NCBI GenBank assembly: GCA_964016885.1
Contig: CAXHJY010001447.1
Span: forward strand, 1 to 39,523
Direction: 5' to 3'
DNA from: Eledone cirrhosa
Taxonomy: Eukaryota
Length of the DNA stretch: 39,523 nt
This document shows positions 13,939 through 25,258 of the stretch, one piece after another; the first letter of the stretch is position 1, and each line of letters begins with the position of its first letter. The translations under genes and the position numbers were made by a program. The notes under the pieces are model-generated. The model made no database searches. It had not been told where the DNA came from and worked only from the letters and a program-made list of their open reading frames with translations.

Positions 13939-13988
13939 CATCATCATCATCATCACCATTTTACGTCCGCTTTTCCCTGCTTGCAAGA
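13939..13988 (-). mobile_element. Short 3' end fragment of an RTE-related LINE/SINE with (GAT)n tail
   Basis: (CAT)n-TTTTACGTCCGCTTTTCCCTGCTTGCA between two TA tracts resembles RTE-type 3' termini. Confidence 0.45.
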
Positions 13989-14019
13989 CATATATATATA
14001 TATATATATAAAAATATAT

Positions 14020-14118
14020 GTATTGGAAAGACCAATGGAAACATTGTTTCCTCCGTCCGATTTGACGAGCTCCCCAAACTATTTTGGCGAATGAGGTCTA
14101 GGATCTTGTCGTTCGTCT

Positions 14119-14166
<48 letters not shown>

Positions 14167-14730
14167 CGCCCCCCCCCCTCTATCCACACACGCACAGACA
14201 CTCCGACCCACAAACCCCCCCACACACACCTCTTCCTGAACATGCAATCCCGTTCTTCCCCCAACCCTTACTTTCACATACACACACACACACACACACA
14301 CGCACACCTACACACACACACCACCTTCAGCCCTCCCCGTTCGGACACCCCGTCTCCCTCTCCCCACTCCACCCGCCACCACCCCTACACACCCCACACC
14401 CTTCCACCACCTGTTTACCCCCCTTTTAATTTCAGTTTATTTTGACCATGCCTTTATTTTTAAATTTATCTCATTCCTTGTATTTTGATCATGCCTTATT
14501 TTTATTTTTATCTTTATTTTTTATTTTTTCATTCGCACCGTTTCCTTTCGCTATATGTCTCTCCACCACTCCTCTACACACCCTTTGAACTCTGTTCCCA
14601 CACACTTCCCACCTGAGGAAGGGCTTATGCCCGAAACGTCGTCCCCCACCAACACCCCACTCTCCAGAGCGTGAAATTAATAAACATTTGTTGTACTGCC
14701 TCTCTGTTTTGTCCCTGTTCAAATTTTTCC

Positions 14731-14733
<3 letters not shown>
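14020..14733 (+). mobile_element. Penelope-like pseudo-LTR/3' fragment
   Basis: Ends in a hammerhead core, AATAAA and a T-rich tail running into (TA)n; left boundary uncertain. Confidence 0.6.
14611..14642 (+). ncRNA. Minimal hammerhead ribozyme motif
   Basis: AC-CTGAGGA-aGGGC ttat GCCC-GAAA-CG-TC-GT; palindromic ACGT stem III, but stem I is only 2 bp. Confidence 0.55.
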
Positions 14734-14769
<36 letters not shown>

Positions 14770-15049
14770 GTTCTAAACCAATGAATACCACAGCGAAAAC
14801 ATTATTTTCGCAAGGTATTGTTATTCTTTCGCATATTCGTACTCCTGCAGGGATTACTCTGTTTTGGATACCCCTCTTTATGCTACACATACTCAAACAT
14901 CCTCACACACATACAGACTGTCAATAACATACATGGCACATCCAGAAAATGCACACCATCTTCACACATCTATCACTGCAAATGATAGATCCTGACAATG
15001 GCATCTTCGCACCACTTCGCATACCGGACTAATTATTCTCGATAATAAC

Positions 15050-15235
15050 TTCTTTATTTTTCTCTTCTTCAAACTTCCAACCTTATCCTTCTATCTTTAC
15101 TCTTTCTGGTGAAAGACTGGCGTCCGATATATGAGACATTCTTTTTCCTTTTCCAACGAGCGTGAAACTAAGAAAACTTTGTTGTAATTGTATCTCTATA
15201 TAATTGTGTACTTGTATATTTGTGTCATTGTATTT
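15050..15235 (+). mobile_element. Older decayed copy of a related Penelope pseudo-LTR
   Basis: GAGCGTGAAACTAAGAAAACTTTGTTGTA matches GAGCGTGAAATTAATAAACATTTGTTGTA at ~14667; preceded by a mutated hammerhead core (CTGGTGA...CCGATA). Confidence 0.5.
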
Positions 15236-15239
15236 TGAC

Positions 15240-15720
15240 CTATTCAAATATCACCTTCCGACATGCACAAAATAATTTAGCTGCTCAGTGATTCCCGGTA
15301 GGAATGAAAATCAGTGCTGCGAAGTCTGGAATAATCGTCCTCTCAAGAAAGCCTGCGCTGTGCCCTCTAAGGGTAAGTGGTGTTACACTGAAGTAAATAG
15401 AGACGTTCAATATCTTGGGGACGTGTTTACCAGTGATGGAAGGATAGATACAGTATTATATGCAAGAATTACCGGAGCTGTGCAGTAATGACCCAGGTTC
15501 AGCAATTGGTCATTAGAAGTTAGGTAGATATAAATGCTAAACTAACTATGTTCAATTCGGTGTTCGTGCCTACCCTTGCGTATGGTCATATAATCTTAGG
15601 GAGAGCCAGACAGAATACAGTTGCGAATAGACGCGGCAGAAATAGGGTTTCTTTGGAATAACGTTTTTCGACAGGGTGCCTAGCTCGATCAGGTAGTCGT
15701 TCCAAGTAGAGGCGTTGTAA
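15240..15720 (+). pseudogene. Decayed RTE-clade reverse transcriptase fragment
   Basis: GMKISAAKS..., YLGDVFTSDGRID...ARI, AKLTMFNSVFVPTLAYG, IDAAEIGFL across frames, with stops. Confidence 0.75.
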
Positions 15721-17809
15721 AACTTTGCACAGCTCATTCCTCAAAAAACAATTTTCATTCACATGTTTGTATGTTACCTTTTCTGTATATACAGCTGACG
15801 CGTGTGACATATATTTCTTGATTAAGGGATTATGAAAATGGTTAACCGTGAGGTTAATGGTTTTATAAGCCTAACTATCTGATCATTTCATAGTTGTATT
15901 CTTACACTGATTTACTATAATCTGCTCGGCGTCTTTTACTGTGGGAACTACATTATTTTGTGTTTTAGCGTTTTTCTAATATATTCTACGTATCGTTGTT
16001 TTTTTTTATTTATGAAACATTCACGATTTTTATCCCATCACAAGAGATCTTTTCTCAGACTGTTGTTAAATCTCATTCACCATTATATTTTTTGTTTTGC
16101 GTTTTTGTTTTTAATTTGGATGCTGTCTTACAGGCACACTGACTTAGCTTTGCTGCATTAGGAACATTTTATTTATTCCCACGCTGGGCGCATTGTACTT
16201 GATTTTATATAGAATATGTTGTGTTATGTGTTTCTCTTTGTCTAGTTTAGTTCGGATTAGCTCTGATGAAAGGCCTTTCAGCAAGTTGTGAGTATATCAT
16301 CAAATCATATATCGAGAACTAAAATATCTGATGACCTCTTGATTTAAAATGACGATGTAATGATTTGGATAAAAAGTTGTAGCTGCTACTTTAAAATGTT
16401 CCATTGACTCGATTGTGTAGGTGTCTTTCTAGTTTGTTTAAGGTGCTGGTGTTGCTTTGATTCACTGATAGCATATGAATGAGTACATCAGTTTAAGTAT
16501 AAAATAAGACTGAACATTTTCAATTTGAGCCTGGCTGATAGTTTGTTGTCTCGTTTTCTTTATACTTGTATAGTCTTCAAACTAATAGTAATTGGTGGGC
16601 TATTTACTAAATAGTATAGACAATAGAGTTATATTAGGGATGAAACCAAGTTATAGAAATAAATTTCATTGCATACCGAGGAAATTTGACCGTCTGTAAG
16701 TCACTTTATTATGTTGCTAATTATATTACTAGAAAAAATAACAAGGTAATGTGTATAATCTTGTGATGATTTCTACTGTATTAACTGTAGTCGTATAGTG
16801 TTGTAAAATAATATACGAAGCTAATATTCTTGTGACTATAGCAAATAGATTACATGTTATGTATTAACGACTGACGAAGGAGAACGAATAAATGGCGACA
16901 TGATTAAGTAGCAATAAGTTTGATATCAGTAATTAAATAATTTTAAAATAGTCTACAGTTGAAAGCAGTGTATTGAGACACAATAGCACATAGTCTTCAC
17001 AATCAGATTTTATTCAATAAAACCAAATGCCTAGACGGTATAATATATAAATCTACACTTAGCAAATCAACAATAAAACGTTCTAACCTTTAAAGTTATT
17101 GTATGTATTAGTTCAATCGATCTGTGCAAATTTAAAAAACATAGAAGTCTAATTGTTGTATATGTGGATAAAATACAGCAATGCTAGTAAAACATCAATA
17201 ATATTACTCGCTTTAATATTGTTAAGATTGACAGTCAAAATTATATAATAGAAAGTTATTGCCACGTTAAAATATATCTTTCTTTAATACGCACTTATCT
17301 TGCATCAGTAAGATGCCAAGCGAGTCGTAGATCACTGGTGATGACAATATTTCTTGTATTGATTACCTTGGCTTTTTAAACCACCCACGTTCTACAATTC
17401 TTTACGTGATTTTTCTCATTTGCGAGATACATTTCTCCAAATCTGCTATTAATTAGAAGAGATTTACGTTTCTATATATACATAAGCTGATCCCTTTATT
17501 AATATGTTTACCCTTTTTCTGCTAACCTAATCTTCATTCTATCGATTATATTTGTTACTGGTCTTTTGATCGGCTTATATAATCTACCTCTTTGCCTTCA
17601 GCGTTCATATCTGACGTTACCACATGCAAAGCAACACGCACGTATCTGAAGTTATGCACATAGTCACATATTTATAGAAAGGTGTGCATAGGAATAAGGA
17701 AGTATAGACACAGTCACGCAATCATTGGATTTAAAAAGCACTGAGGTTAGCACGGCGCTATATATTAGCAGCATGCAACGTACACTATTACACAATACAA
17801 TAGAAACGT

Positions 17810-17888
17810 GTGTATGTGTACAATATCAATATACATAAATACGTACAAACATATATATATATATATATTCACACATAAACGCTCATGT

Positions 17889-17942
<54 letters not shown>

Positions 17943-18125
17943 GCACACATACACACACACACACACATACATACACACACACACAATATGAACTTACATG
18001 AGAACACACATATATGTTTAAACACGTATATATATATATATATGTTTGTCTTTATGAGAGGGTGCATCTGTGTTTGAATGTGTGCGTTTATGTGTGGCTG
18101 TGTGTGTACATATATACACGTGCGT
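17810..18125. repeat. (TA)/(CA)/(TG) compound microsatellite
   Basis: Direct inspection. Confidence 0.9.
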
Positions 18126-18280
18126 TAAATAGGAGTGAAATTAAGAGAGCGTATTGCGTAATAGAATTTTGTAACAGGTATCACAACTTAAAACTCACGT
18201 ATCGAGATTTAAGTACGTTTATTACATTTCTATATATATTCTATCTTATTCTTGTATCAGACACTAGAGTTGGATAGACT

Positions 18281-18316
<36 letters not shown>

Positions 18317-18877
18317 TATATATTGTTATACTTGGGGAGTGTCATATTTGTGTAATATTGCCAGAATTAATAACAGAACACACTCACTGCTTGGTTGGTT
18401 TTCGCTTTTCGCTTCTGTGTCTTTTATATCGGTGAATTTAAATTATTCGGTCTTCAATGTTGCCATTGACTGACCAACGGTCAAAAATACAGATACAATA
18501 TAGACACAAACACATATATATAGTTTATCAAAGTTCTTTCGTTGCACATCTGCAACATCGTCAGTGGTGCTATTCTTTCCTCCCGTTGCATTGTATTTTC
18601 TACGCCATCTTTATTTAGTCTGTTTATATATTTATTTATTTGTTTTTTTTTGTCTTCTTTGCGCATGCGTTTGCGTGTGTGTATAGTGTTTTGTTTGATG
18701 TGTGTTCCTGATTGGGTGGCTGTGTATTGGTTAATATATTCTATCTTTACTAGTGTCTGTTTATATGTGTTTGTTGTTATTGTGCTTGTGTATGTATTTA
18801 TTTATTTATCTATTTATTTATTTATACTTCTCTTAGGTCAGTGTTGTTTGTTTGGGTGTTGTTGTTATGCCATTCAT

Positions 18878-19076
18878 TATATATATATATATATATATAT
18901 ATACATGGATACACACGGAAACACTTCCAATCTAAGATACGTACACATACACACACGCACACATATATACATTTGTGTGTGTGTGTGTGTGTCAATGTGT
19001 GTTTATATGTATGCTTGTGTGTATGTGTGTGTGTGTCTGTCTGTGTATGTGTGTCTATGTGTATATGTGTGTATAC
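18878..19076. repeat. (TA)/(CA)/(TG) compound microsatellite
   Basis: Direct inspection. Confidence 0.9.
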
Positions 19077-19535
19077 TTGAACGTATGTAATTTTGGCTGA
19101 TCTCCAACCTAGTGGATTCCATTTAAATTGGCAACATACCTTTCAGAGCGAATCTATAATTAAATCGATCCATATATTTAGACAGTCTCATCAAGAAATT
19201 CATGAAATCCGTATCCCATAAACAACCACAACATACTTGATATGAAAACAATTAGAGCAAATAAATAGGTTTCTAAGCAAATCATAATGCATGATATATA
19301 TATTCAGTGTTGTTTTTCAGAGATGAAATAATTATCTGGACATCGGTTAGAGCAAATGAGCATCATAAGAGAAATATATTAAGTCTGACATAGAATCTGA
19401 AGCATACCTAACTCTAAGATTATTATACGTCATACTACTTTGTCTCTTTGTCTACTGGTGTGATAGTTACATTGGAGACGATAATTCCTCATTATCATCG
19501 TATTATTGCTTATCAATACACCAATCTCGCAAATC

Positions 19536-19826
19536 TAAAATAGTCTGTCCCAAGCCAGGAGGATAGATTGGGTGGTACTTATCGCGGTTTTGTTTCCGTG
19601 AAGTGACTGAATGTAAAACAAACCCCAACCCTGGTTATGACGCCAGTTCATCGCCATATTAAACCTCCAGCTCTTGCTGGTACTCATATTCAGCTGAGTA
19701 TACTAGAGCAACTTGAAGTGAAGTGTTTTGCTCAAGAACACATCATATAACACAGCCCAGGAATCGAACCCACTATATTATGATCCTAAGGCCAACAAAC
19801 TTATAACTAAGCCATGCGGCTTCACT
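19536..19826 (-). mobile_element. Old tRNA-derived SINE with conserved central domains (CORE/Meta/V-like)
   Basis: Minus strand: A box TGGCTTAGT, B box GGTTCGATTCC, then TGTGTTCTTGAGCAAAACACTT, ACTCAGCTGAATATGAGTACC, GCGATGAACTGGCGTC and CAGTCACTTCAC..AAACCGCGATAAG blocks. Confidence 0.75.
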
Positions 19827-20803
19827 AGACTCAGAAGGGTGAATATTTATCTTGATTCTGTTCAGTTTTCTTACACAATATTGCCTTAGCTTTTGAGAAC
19901 CATCATCTGTACTAGAAAGATAGGCGAATTCTAAATGTTAAAGAATGATAAGTGAATTCCAAACGTTAAAATATATAGATACGTCAAGATCTTGAAGACC
20001 AAGAATGTCACATTTCTTTTATAAATTACAAACAAAATCATGCCTTTAAGAAAGCGATGTGCGCGGGCATAATAAATAACATTTCTTGATAAATTTAAGC
20101 TGTCTGTGATAAGACGTCAGGCTATTATATTTGTTTTCTAACATAGATTTAAACTTGGTGTGTACATATATAATGCACACGTGATAGGTAGAGAACAATG
20201 AGAACACAGCGCCAAATAAAAGTACATTCATTTGAAATGCAAGTCAGGTTACCCTTCACCTAGGTTTTCAAATCTCTGGTACACAGGAGGCTCGTAGTTG
20301 AATTTAGATAGATATAATGACTCCATTAAACAAATTGATTTCAATAATATACATGACATATTGCTGCCATATATCTTTCCACAGAATACACGTGGTCTAC
20401 ACAGACAATTCAGACCACGAGCATAGAAACATGATATTCAACAGAATCATATGTCATTTTGGCGGCAATTACAGAAATGAACCAAATTCAACGTGAAAGG
20501 TATTTACAAGTGTATCTGCATATAAAAGACTTAAAGAGAAGTAACTGTCAGAACCATCCCAACCAATGGCTAACATTGTTCATAATTACAATGTAACACG
20601 TTTATAAATATTATCACAAATGCATTTCATCATTGTATATATACTCACACACTCAGACACACATTGATACAAACATACACTTATGCATGTACGTATGTAT
20701 ACACACATGCACACAAACATATGCATTTACAAACACACAAAGTTCTAACCACAATCAAACAATACAAGCACAGGCATATACATATGTGAGAAAAATGGAT
20801 AGA

Positions 20804-20805
<2 letters not shown>

Positions 20806-20854
<49 letters not shown>

Positions 20855-20893
20855 AGAGAGAGAGAGTGAAAGAGAGAGAAAGAGAGAGAGAGA
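20806..20893. repeat. (GT)n(GA)n microsatellite
   Basis: Direct inspection. Confidence 0.95.
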
Positions 20894-21771
20894 TATATGA
20901 AGGGATAGATATTTTAACAGTTAATGCTTTCCTTGATCAGTACAATGTATTTCTTATACACGAACATACATTACTTATTTTTCAAAGAACCGTAATTAGT
21001 TAGATTTTGGTCTAAGTTCATCGAAAGTGAATTGCTTATTTACCGCTTAATAAGCTAGAACCACGTTTGGAAAATCAATTCACGTGGAACTCTAATGCTA
21101 AATTTAATGCAAAGTGGAGTTTAATCTACGGGAGGAATCTCTACCAAGGTGAGCATTAATTTAATATTTTTTTACCTGAGATGAATATTTGAAGCTACTT
21201 GATGCGATTTCTAATGTCCTAATTTTCAGCGCTTGTATTTCCGTATGCGTGTGATTTTAAATAAATTGGAGTATCATTTCCTAGAAAACTATTTCTAATA
21301 ATGTTCTGGGAATTTTTCTGGTTGTATTAATGGTTGCGCCACTCCTCACTATATAATCTAAGCGCTGCTCCATCGTAGATATTACTGCCCAAATATAACA
21401 TTGAGTACACTCGATATAGTCCTTCAATACTCTTTTCGATCAGATAACTAGAGTGGCTGTTTTTCTCAGCAGCATGAACTTATAGCAAACGTAGCAGCAA
21501 TGGGTTTCGATTTCCTGAACGTAATATCGCGCATTAAATGGGAACCTAGATCAGCAGCGAATAAATATATGCCTCATTTAACAGCCATGAAAGTATAAAT
21601 ATTTACTCAGTAGGATGTATTGAGTGATATGTTATTTCTTTGTATATGTCACTTAATACACTTTCTATATATCTATATCAGAAAGAATCGCGACACGAGG
21701 ACTGAGCTCTTACCGTCGGGACATCTAATATTATATGCAAAATATAATATATATAAACATGCGTGTTTCGA

Positions 21772-21820
<49 letters not shown>

Positions 21821-21823
<3 letters not shown>

Positions 21824-22162
21824 GGTTTGAGGTTCACCACTTGATAGAGCTGGTCTATTCCGTATGGTCAATCGTAATGCAATAATATAGAGAGTACTCA
21901 AGGTAAAGCAGTTCAACCGTCTTTGTTTTTGTAGTTGGTGGTGCTATTACGGAGGACGATCGGTTGAGGTTGAAGGAGTAGGATAGCGGTCGCCCTCGGG
22001 TCCTCGATTTTCAGCCCCATGGATTTTATCTATTAAATTCACGTATTATATTTCGAATACCTGATGATATCACCGGATTCATACGGAACCCGGTCATTGA
22101 AATGATCATAGTATAATAAACCTTTCAAGGATTTACACAAATCCAGCCTCCTGTCATTTCAT

Positions 22163-22167
<5 letters not shown>
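21821..22167 (+). mobile_element. Solo Penelope-like pseudo-LTR inserted in (TA)n
   Basis: Unique 350 bp block between two TA tracts with a hammerhead immediately followed by AATAAA. Confidence 0.7.
22057..22114 (+). ncRNA. Hammerhead ribozyme, palindromic stem III
   Basis: ATAC-CTGATGA-(ACCGG/CCGGT stem II)-GAAA-TGATCA-TA-GTAT. Confidence 0.8.
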
Positions 22168-22197
<30 letters not shown>

Positions 22198-22202
<5 letters not shown>

Positions 22203-22416
22203 TTAATTATACTATTTATGGTTATGTAAATACAAAAACCATTTGCAGTTATATATATTTTTATATAAACCCTATGTATCTGTATGTCTCTTGGGTGAAA
22301 AGGAGGTCATATAAGTGTTCATTCAATAATAAATTGCTCCGAAGAATCCAAACCTCGGTTTGGAGGAAAAAGTTGTAAGCATAAAAATGTTTTGAACAGT
22401 TCTTTGATTCATATAA

Positions 22417-22420
<4 letters not shown>
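22198..22420. mobile_element. Miniature fold-back insertion related to the 28838-29573 pseudo-LTR
   Basis: 22198-22274 is a diverged reverse complement of ~29500-29573; 22275-22420 is a diverged direct copy of ~29320-29470. TA tracts on both sides. Confidence 0.8.
22335..22381 (+). ncRNA. Degenerate hammerhead (CCGAAGA core variant)
   Basis: TGCT-CCGAAGA-a TCCAAACC tc GGTTTGGA g-GAAA-AAGTTG-TA-AGCA; the stem III palindrome is broken. Confidence 0.5.
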
Positions 22421-22484
<64 letters not shown>

Positions 22485-22837
22485 ATTATATATGCACTTC
22501 TGTATGTATATATGTTTGCTTTCACTCACTATCTTAATCTATATCTCTCACTTTCTCTGCTGTGAAACGATCACCCACAGAGATAAATATATAGTTTGTT
22601 CTCCTCTACCCACCAACAGATATATATATTATTTGCTAATTAGAGATATTGAAAAGTCTTATTGAAAATGAAAATATGTTGGTACAGCGAGTCAATGTGC
22701 CATGCCATTACATGATAAAAAGACTGTGTAAAAAACATATATGCATTGCATATGCAGATTCTTGCGTGTTCATACACATATATATATACATATATATATA
22801 ATATAAGATCAAAAGATGGTTAAAGGAGTTCAATATA

Positions 22838-22904
22838 TTTTATTATGCGCATTTCAAAAACAAACATCATCAAACAATAATATTTGTGTTTTCATCAGAT
22901 AAAA
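22838..22904 (-). ncRNA. Hammerhead ribozyme, palindromic stem III
   Basis: Minus strand: TTTTAT-CTGATGA-(long imperfect stem II)-GAAA-TGCGCA-TA-ATAAAA. Confidence 0.8.
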
Positions 22905-22999
22905 CAGGAGAACATGATATGAAGGCTAAAAAAACACTTGTTGATAGTGCAGTTTTAAATCAACATATGAAAAGTGGTTTTAGATTGATGTGTGATATT

Positions 23000-23479
23000 G
23001 GGAAAAATATATTATTTAGAGAGGGGGGGGAGAGAAAAGGATGAAAAGGGAAGGAGATGAGAGGGAGAGATGGGTGATAGAGAGAAAGAGATAGTTTTTA
23101 TAACAGAGAGGAGATATATTTTATATAGAGGGGTTGAAAGCCGTTGGAAGATACAGTATAAATTAAAAATTTTTGAAAATTAACGAAGGGAGGATATGTG
23201 CGAGGAAAAAATATATTATATTTAGGGAGGGGTGGGGGTGGAAAGGATGAAAAAAAGGGAGGAGATGAGAGTGAAGGTGGAAAGGGAGAGATGGGTGATA
23301 GAGAGAAAGAGATAGTTTTTATAACTGAGAAAAAGATATAATGTTTTAATATAGAGAGGTTGGGAACCGTTGGAAGATAATGTATAAATTAAAGGAATTT
23401 GAAAATTAACGAAGGGAAATTATGTATGGAGATAGAGAGAAAAAAATAACGAAGGGAGATTATGTATGGAGATAGAGAG

Positions 23480-23513
<34 letters not shown>

Positions 23514-24110
23514 ATAATTGTGGGTGAATATTCAAAAGGAGAAATGTAGGAATCTTAAAATTAGTAAAGAGAAAATGTTTATGTATAGGATTTGAGAAAA
23601 ATAATGTGAAGTTAAAGTTTTTATATTGAATTCATATGTATTAATAATGAGTTCGTTGATGGGGAGAAAAAAATAATAATAAATTAAGGATGAAATTGAG
23701 ATTAAAAAGATTTATGATAGAGAGAAAAAATAATAATGATTGCGGATGAATACTCAAAATGTCAAAAACAAATGTTATTGTTTTACGAAGAGATATAATG
23801 AGGGTGATGAGTAAACGGGTATTATAGAGTGTATAATGCCCTTTAAAGTAAGGTAGATGGGTATATTTTAAAGAATATATGAGTATATATTAAAAAAAAT
23901 ATATAATAATAAATTAAGGATGAAATTGAGATTAAAAAGATTTATGATAGAGGGAAAAAAAAAATAATAATGATTGCGGATGAATATTCAAAATGTCAAA
24001 AACAAATGTTATTGTTTTACGAGAAGATAGGATGAGGTAAATGAATAAACGAGTACTATAGAGTGTATAATGCCCTTTAAAGTAAGGTAGATGGGTATAT
24101 TTTAAAGAGG
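23000..24110. repeat. Diverged tandem duplications in the element A 3' UTR
   Basis: ~23000-23200 vs ~23205-23430; ~23665-23885 vs ~23897-24110; a ~40 bp dimer at 23407-23485 followed by an A run. Confidence 0.85.
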
Positions 24111-24163
24111 TGTATGTATATGTGCCTTTGAGAAAAGATTCTAAATTGATAAAGAATTGAATA

Positions 24164-25258
24164 TTAACTGTATACTTTGTGAAAAGTTCTATGGAATTTA
24201 TGGAGGCAGATGGAAAACAAATCCGAGCGTCTATTTATTATGGATTCTAGGTTAGAGATAATGGTAAATTTTTCATTTAGGCAGAGATTACAGATTTTAG
24301 ATAGAGAACTGTTCAAGTACGAGGATGCAGAAGAAATCTTTTTCCAAAAGATGTTATATTTAATGTTTTTGTCTTTTAAGGACCATATGAGTTCTGAGAG
24401 AGCAGTGTTAGTTCTTTTAAGTTTGTATTTGAAAGATGAATGATGATTATAGAGACGAGCTTTAAAAGAGGTGGAAGTGGAGCCAAAATAGGTGAAGGAG
24501 TTGGTGCTAGTTATAATTTTACATTCATAAATTAAGTTTTTATCGAGGCAATGGTTGTTGAGAGGACATTTATTTTTAATGCGGCAGTTGCAATTAGAGA
24601 GATTATTAATGAGTGATCTAGTGTTATCTATAGAAGGAATTGGATTGGAGAAGTTGTTTGCGATAGGAATAATAGGAATAATAGTTTCTTGATTTAGAGT
24701 TGGATTATGAACATTTAGCGAAGTTGTGTTTGACGTTGCATTTGGGTTTACAGAAGTTAGCCTAGGGTTTACAATGACGTCAGGAGTACTATTATTGTTA
24801 TTATGAGATTCAATATTGGAAGGAAGAGATTTAGTATTTAATATTTTGTTGTTGTGTTTAGAAATGATGTTGGAAATATTGGAGGATGTAGAATACGAAA
24901 ATTTAATGGTGTGTTTGTTAAATATTTTACTATAGATATGTGAGGGAGGGAAGCATTTATTTAAGGCACTAAAAAATAATTTAGGAATATTGTTATTAAT
25001 AGAGATGGAGAAAGGAGCATTATACCAGATTATGTTTTTGTATCTAGGTCTTTTATTAAAATTATTGGAATGGTTATGATTAAATATTCTACTGTAAGTT
25101 TTCCTAGAATTTGTTTCTTTATTATATTTGATTTTATCTGGATAGCCAGCTTTAGAAAGTGCGTTATTATAGTAATTGGCGTTAGCATCAAAGATGTTTT
25201 TATTAGAAGATATGTTAGATATTCTATTTCCAATATTATTAACTATAGCATTCTTGAT
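24164..25258 (-). CDS. Penelope-like protein C-terminal part: RT thumb, Cys finger, GIY-YIG endonuclease (partial)
   Basis: NRISNISS...YNNALSKAGY, IIWYNAPFS, IFNKHTIKFSYS, CNCRIKNKCPLNNHCL, LIY..YFGST..FKARLYNH, CNLCLNEK, NRRSDLFSICLH. The first 9 codons in the ORF track come from the neighbouring element. Confidence 0.9.
   Translation of the reverse strand: MKNAIVNNIGNRISNISSNKNIFDANANYYNNALSKAGYPDKIKYNKETNSRKTYSRIFNHNHSNNFNKRPRYKNIIWYNAPFSISINNNIPKLFFSALNKCFPPSHIYSKIFNKHTIKFSYSTSSNISNIISKHNNKILNTKSLPSNIESHNNNNSTPDVIVNPRLTSVNPNATSNTTSLNVHNPTLNQETIIPIIPIANNFSNPIPSIDNTRSLINNLSNCNCRIKNKCPLNNHCLDKNLIYECKIITSTNSFTYFGSTSTSFKARLYNHHSSFKYKLKRTNTALSELIWSLKDKNIKYNIFWKKISSASSYLNSSLSKICNLCLNEKFTIISNLESIINRRSDLFSICLHKFHRTFHKVYS

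Larger units (their letters stand above)
22805..25258 (-). mobile_element. 5'-truncated Penelope-like element A (Naiad-like) with long 3' UTR and terminal hammerhead
   Basis: RT thumb + GIY-YIG ORF, 1.35 kb 3' UTR, hammerhead and AATAAA ending at a TA tract. Confidence 0.85.

Noticed and set aside
16255-16345. Two CTGATGA heptamers
   Set aside because: No properly placed GAAA/UH and no stems I/III, so not hammerheads.
19530-19575. Twister-like GTCCCAAGCC motif
   Set aside because: P2 and pseudoknot partners are missing; better explained as the reverse complement of the SINE 3' tail.
15750-21770. Host exons in the unique AT-rich region (e.g. AG...GT-bounded segment ~20384-20499)
   Set aside because: All three frames of that segment contain stops and no recognisable protein or RNA gene was found; a non-coding exon cannot be excluded without RNA data.
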